DNA from: Anaeromyxobacteraceae bacterium
GTDB lineage: Bacteria; Myxococcota; Myxococcia; Myxococcales; Anaeromyxobacteraceae
Reading direction: 5' to 3'
NCBI GenBank assembly: GCA_047602405.1
Contig: JASGHJ010000002.1
Location: 3,552,001-3,616,000, forward strand
Length of the DNA: 64,000 nt
This document shows, in pieces, positions 59,815 to 64,000 of the stretch. Every line of letters starts with the position of its first letter. Position 1 is the first letter of the stretch. A program made the translations under genes and the position numbers. The notes under the pieces were generated by a model. That model was given only the letters and a program-made list of their open reading frames with translations. It searched no databases and was not told the DNA's origin.

Positions 59815-61371
59815 CTACTCCTTCCCGCCGTGGCCGGCGTGGCCCGAGGGGGCCGCCGCGGGGGCCCCGGGCGCTCCGCCGGCCGGCGCGCTCGTCAGCG
59901 CCGCGAGCGAGGCGCGCAGGCGCGACTCGGAGTCCACGAGGAAGTTCGCGCGCACGATGACGCCGTCGCCCGCCTCGAGCCCCGAGACCACCTCCACCTT
60001 CTCCTGGTCGCGCTCGCCGACCTTCACCTCGCGCGGCACGAACTTGCCGCCGCCGAGCGCCACGAAGACGACGTCGAACGTGCCGGAGTGGACGATCGCG
60101 TCCGCCGGCACGCGCAGGGCCTCGCGCGGCGCGCCCTGGATGACGACCTCGCCGAACATCTCCGGCTTGAGCTCGCCGGTGGGGTTCGCGAACTCGACGC
60201 GGACCTTCGCGGTGCGGGTGGACGGATCGAGGAGCGGGTCGATGAAGGCGACGCGCCCGTGGAAGGTCTGGTTGGGGAGCGCGCGGAGCGACAGCGTCGC
60301 CGGCTGCCCGACCTTCACGCGGCGGAGGTCGGTCTCGTACGCATCGGCGAGCACCCAGACGCGGCTGAGGTCGACGATCTCGAACGGCATCTCGCCCGCA
60401 TTCACGCGCATGCCCGGCACGACGTCCTTCTTCGTGATGACGCCCGAGGCCGGGGAGCGGAAGCCCACGGTGCGGGCCGGTTCGCGGGTGCGCTCGAGGC
60501 GCTGCAGCTCCTCCGCCGGGACGTCCCAGAGCTCGAGCTTCCGCCGAGCGGCCCTCACGAGGTCCGCGCCGTCGCCGGCGAGGCCGCCCTTGCCGAGCTT
60601 CTCCTGCGTGCGGAGCGCGAGCAGGTACTCCTCCTGCGCCGCGAGGAGCTCGGGCGAGTAGATCGTGAAGAGGAGCTCGCCCTTCTTGATCGGCCGGCCC
60701 ACGAAGTCGCCGTGGACGTGCTCCATGAACCCGGAGAACTTCACGTTCACGTGGTGCACGCGGGTCTCGTCGATGGCGACGCGGCCGGTGGTGCGCCAGG
60801 TGCCGCCGACCGGGCCGTTCTCGGCGTGCGCGATCTCGAGGCCGATGAGCTGCTGGCGGGCCGGATCGATGGTCACCGCGGCGAGGCCCTCGGGGGTCTT
60901 CTCCTCGCCGACGGTCACGGCCGCGGGCGCCTTCGCCTCGACGAGCTTCATGCCGCAGATCGGGCACCGGTCCTTCGGGTTCTCCGAGACCACGTCCGGG
61001 TGCATCGGGCAGACGTACTTCTTCGGGCCCTGGGCGGCGGGCGCGGCCGCGGCTCCGGCCGCCGCCGCGGACGCGGGCGCCGAGGTGGCCGAGGACGGCG
61101 CCGCGACCTTCACGAGCTTCATGCCGCAGATGGGGCAGTTGTCCGGATGGTCGGAGGTGATGGTCGGGTGCATCGGGCACTGCCAGAGCTCCTTCGCAGG
61201 GGCCGCGGGCTTCGCCGCCGCCGTCGCGCCGCCCGCCGGGCCGCCCTCGCTCTCGTGGTCGTGCGCGTGCGGCCGCACCGCCCACCACGTGCCGCCCGCC
61301 GCGAGGCCCGCCGCCGCCACCGCGGCCGCCGCCAGCGTCCCCACCCCGAACCGCTTGCCGTTCTCGCTCAT
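59815..61371 (-). CDS. cusB: CusB-type RND periplasmic adaptor with two heavy-metal-binding domains
   Basis: 2x CPMHP..CPICGMKL, IYSPELLAAQEEY, ANFLVDSESRL, GHAGH tail. Confidence 0.9.
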   Translation of the reverse strand: MSENGKRFGVGTLAAAAVAAAGLAAGGTWWAVRPHAHDHESEGGPAGGATAAAKPAAPAKELWQCPMHPTITSDHPDNCPICGMKLVKVAAPSSATSAPASAAAAGAAAAPAAQGPKKYVCPMHPDVVSENPKDRCPICGMKLVEAKAPAAVTVGEEKTPEGLAAVTIDPARQQLIGLEIAHAENGPVGGTWRTTGRVAIDETRVHHVNVKFSGFMEHVHGDFVGRPIKKGELLFTIYSPELLAAQEEYLLALRTQEKLGKGGLAGDGADLVRAARRKLELWDVPAEELQRLERTREPARTVGFRSPASGVITKKDVVPGMRVNAGEMPFEIVDLSRVWVLADAYETDLRRVKVGQPATLSLRALPNQTFHGRVAFIDPLLDPSTRTAKVRVEFANPTGELKPEMFGEVVIQGAPREALRVPADAIVHSGTFDVVFVALGGGKFVPREVKVGERDQEKVEVVSGLEAGDGVIVRANFLVDSESRLRASLAALTSAPAGGAPGAPAAAPSGHAGHGGKE

Positions 61372-61435
61372 CTCGTCACGCCTCGCCTTTTGACGCTCGA
61401 TCAGGCCCGAAGCCCGTTCGCTCGAATCCGTGGAG

Positions 61436-62923
61436 CTACATCCCGCCCGAGGACATCCCCGCGCCGCCGGCCGCGGCACCGCCGCCCGCCGCCGCCTTCG
61501 CCGCGCCCCCGCCGGAGGGCGCCGCCACCGCGCCCGCGCCCGGCACACCGCCCCCACCCATCGCACCGCCGCCGCTCGAGCCCACCGGGTCGAGCGACAC
61601 CTCGCCCGCCTGGATGGCGACGCGGAGGGCGTCCGCCACCGCGCCGAGGTGGCCCTCCTCGTCCGCGACGTACCCGGCGGACGCCTCCAGCACCGACGCG
61701 AACGTCACGCGCCCCACCGCGTACTGCGCGAGCGTCGAGTCGAGCGTCGCGCGCGAGAGCACGAGGAGCCCGTCGCGGTAGAGCCGCGCCGACTCGCCGA
61801 GCGACCGGAGCACGGCGTCGCGCTCCACCGCGCGGAGCCGCACGACCTCCTCGACCGCCTTCAGGCTCCCGTCCTCCGCCTGCGCGCGGGCCGCGCTCTC
61901 CTTCACGGCCGCGCCCTGCTTGCGGCCGCTCCAGACCGGCAGCGGCACCGAGAGCCCGGCCTGCCACATCGGTCCGAGCGCGCCGCGGCCCATGTAGCCC
62001 GCCTGCACCGAGACGTCCGGCCAGCGGTCGCGCTCGGCGAGCCGCACCGAGGCGTGGGCGCGCTCGGCGCCGGTGCGCGCGCGGGCGAGCTCCGGGCTGC
62101 GGCGAAGGGCGTCGTCGACCGCGGCCTGGAGCGCCGGGGCCGACGGGATGGGCGCGTCCGCGAGGGACGCCGTGGTCTCCACCGGCGCGTCGAGCGGCTT
62201 CCCGCGCAGGCGGTTGAGCCGCTCCCGGGCGGTGCGCTCGTCCGCCTCGAGCGCCCAGCGGCGCTGCTTGAGGCGGTGCTGCTCGAGCTGGGCGCGGAGC
62301 TGGTCGGACTGCGCGCCCTCGCCGGTCTGGTAGCGCGCGCGGGCGAGGTCGGCCGACTTCGCCCAGACCGCCTCGAGCCTGCCGAGGAGCGCGAGCCGGT
62401 CGCGCGCGACGAGGAGCTCGAGGTACGCCCGCCGCACGTCGGCCTCCGCCGCGAGCCGCGCGCGGGAGACCGAGGCGCCGGCCTCGTCGGCCGCGAGGCG
62501 GGCGACGTCGTTGCGGAGGTCGCGCTTCCCGAACCAGGGCAGGCCCTGCGAGAGCATCACCTGCCAGTAGCTCGTCTCCATCTTGCCGATCATGATCTCG
62601 TCGAACCCGTCGTTCTGGATCCCGAGCGAGAGCACCGGGTCGGGCAGCGCGCCCGCCTGCGGGACGCGCTCGCGCTCGGCGCGCGCGCCGGCCTCGGCCG
62701 CGGCGAGCTCCGGCCGCGCCGCGAGGCTCTCCTCGACGAGGCGGGCGAGCACCGGGTCCCCGGGCAGCACCGGGCTCGAGGGCGAGGCCGCGGGCGCCGC
62801 CGGCTCGGCCGCCGTCGCTGACGCGAAGAGCGCCGCCGCCGCGAGCGCGAAGGCCGCACGGAGCCGACCGAGCATCCGGTTCGGCGCCTCGCCTGGGGTT
62901 CGGATCGCGTGGTAGCGTCTCAT
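61436..62923 (-). CDS. TolC-family outer membrane factor (CusC-like); start uncertain
   Basis: AGALPDP, SQGLPWFGKR, ARYQTG, Met/Gly-rich tail; first gene of the RND operon. Confidence 0.85.
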   Translation of the reverse strand: MRRYHAIRTPGEAPNRMLGRLRAAFALAAAALFASATAAEPAAPAASPSSPVLPGDPVLARLVEESLAARPELAAAEAGARAERERVPQAGALPDPVLSLGIQNDGFDEIMIGKMETSYWQVMLSQGLPWFGKRDLRNDVARLAADEAGASVSRARLAAEADVRRAYLELLVARDRLALLGRLEAVWAKSADLARARYQTGEGAQSDQLRAQLEQHRLKQRRWALEADERTARERLNRLRGKPLDAPVETTASLADAPIPSAPALQAAVDDALRRSPELARARTGAERAHASVRLAERDRWPDVSVQAGYMGRGALGPMWQAGLSVPLPVWSGRKQGAAVKESAARAQAEDGSLKAVEEVVRLRAVERDAVLRSLGESARLYRDGLLVLSRATLDSTLAQYAVGRVTFASVLEASAGYVADEEGHLGAVADALRVAIQAGEVSLDPVGSSGGGAMGGGGVPGAGAVAAPSGGGAAKAAAGGGAAAGGAGMSSGGM

Positions 62924-62982
62924 GCGCGCGTGCACCTCTGGAGAACCGTCTCGGCGCCGTGCCGGAGCGGCACCCCCGAGTT

Positions 62983-62998
62983 AGCACCTCTCGTGCCA
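62983..62998 (-). promoter_or_regulatory. Sigma54 (-24/-12) promoter of the cus operon
   Basis: TGGCACGAGAGGTGCT on the minus strand. Confidence 0.75.
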
Positions 62999-63152
62999 TG
63001 GAGAACAAGCCTGCCAGGGGCGTTTTGGGCGTGAACCGGGGTCCGGCGGCCGCCGTGACCGGCCGGACCGCGACGGGATCGGCCACACCGTGACCCCCGC
63101 GGTTACCCCAGCTGCGTCGGCTGCCCAGGAGGCGGCGGCGGACGCGCAGGGA

Positions 63153-64000
63153 ATGCGCTCCCCCACGGGCACCGCCCGGAGGCTGTTCCTCGCCTTCGCG
63201 CTCCTCGTCTCCCTGTTCGCGCTCGCGTCCCTGCTGACGCTCGTCCAGCTCCGGGACATCCGGCACGGCCTCGCCGACATGAAGCAGCACGAGGAGGGCG
63301 TCCGCATCGCGCTCGAGCTCGCGAGCGCGGTCCGCGACCAGTACGCCCACCAGGCGCACACGATCATCCTCGGCAACGCGAGCCACCTGCACCTCTACGA
63401 GGAGGCCGAGGACCGGGTGAAGATCCTCACCGGTCAGGTGCGCGCGCACGCGACGCGCCCGGACGAGCGGGGCTGGGTCGAGGACATCGCCCGCTCGACC
63501 GACGAGCTCGACGGCATCTTCCGCAACCGGATCGTCCCCGCGGTGCTGCGCCGCGACCTCGAGGGCGTGCAGGCCGAGCACGACCAGGCCCAGCTCGTCG
63601 TGACCCGCATCCAGGACCGCGCCGACCGGCTCGCCCAGCGCTTCGAGGCCGCCATCGCCGCCTTCCGCGACGAGGTCGCCGCCGCGCAGGCCTCCGCGTT
63701 CCGGCAGGCGCTCTTCTTCCTCGTCGGCGCGCCGCTGCTGGCCGCGCTCGTGGGCGCCTACGTGCTCCGCTCCGTCGCGCGCCCGGTCGAGCGCCTGCGC
63801 GCCGGCGCGGAGCGGCTCGCGCGCGGCGACCTCGACACGCGCATCGACCTCGACACGCCCGACGAGTTCGGGGCGCTCGCCCGGCAGATGAACGCGATGA
63901 CGGCGTCGCTGAGGGAGCACCAGGACCGGCTCGTGCAGTCGGAGAAGCTCGCGGGCATCGGTCGGCTCGCCGCCGGCGTCGCGCACGAGATCAACAACCC
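63153..64000 (+). CDS. HAMP sensor histidine kinase with His-rich periplasmic domain, 3' truncated (absent from ORF track)
   Basis: MRSPTGTARRL..TM..RDQYAHQAHTII..SHLH..TM..HAMP..LVQSEKLAGIGRLAAGVAHEINN. Confidence 0.9.
   Translation, partial: MRSPTGTARRLFLAFALLVSLFALASLLTLVQLRDIRHGLADMKQHEEGVRIALELASAVRDQYAHQAHTIILGNASHLHLYEEAEDRVKILTGQVRAHATRPDERGWVEDIARSTDELDGIFRNRIVPAVLRRDLEGVQAEHDQAQLVVTRIQDRADRLAQRFEAAIAAFRDEVAAAQASAFRQALFFLVGAPLLAALVGAYVLRSVARPVERLRAGAERLARGDLDTRIDLDTPDEFGALARQMNAMTASLREHQDRLVQSEKLAGIGRLAAGVAHEINN

Noticed and set aside
56662..62217. 1851-aa plus-strand ORF, and similar long antisense ORFs such as 26006..29053 and 34596..37607
   Set aside because: Antisense to cusAB, secA and recN; stop-poor frames are expected at this GC content

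Overview
Very GC-rich bacterial chromosome segment; gene content and order suggest an Anaeromyxobacter-like member of Myxococcota (inference). It holds about 60 CDSs. Housekeeping genes include surE, an nlpD-like gene, apt, secA, recN, a PP2C phosphatase and a pyrD-like gene. There is a Tat-exported selenocysteine formate dehydrogenase operon (fdnG-like alpha subunit, fused HybA/HybB-type partner, fdhE) with a sigma54 promoter and upstream repeats, and an AcoR-like sigma54 activator nearby. A co-oriented fdhD-mop-tusA-dsrE-(TusA::MetE-like fusion) cluster looks like an uncharacterised sulfur-relay and thiol-alkylation system. A sigma54-driven CusCBA efflux operon lies opposite a His-rich sensor kinase. 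No rRNA, tRNA, CRISPR array or transposase was recognised. Main non-obvious signals: (1) eight of nine frameshifts are 1-2 nt insertions at AGATC/GATCT, probably read errors caused by DNA modification at that motif; (2) Myxococcus-type LexA boxes lie on the promoters of recN and a DUF222-like/HNH gene; (3) there are several fold-back repeats (a ~260 nt quasi-palindrome, two REP-like hairpins, hexamer arrays inside protein linkers); (4) many genes appear leaderless (TANNNT-N6/7-start). All calls come from reading motifs by eye; no database searches were run.
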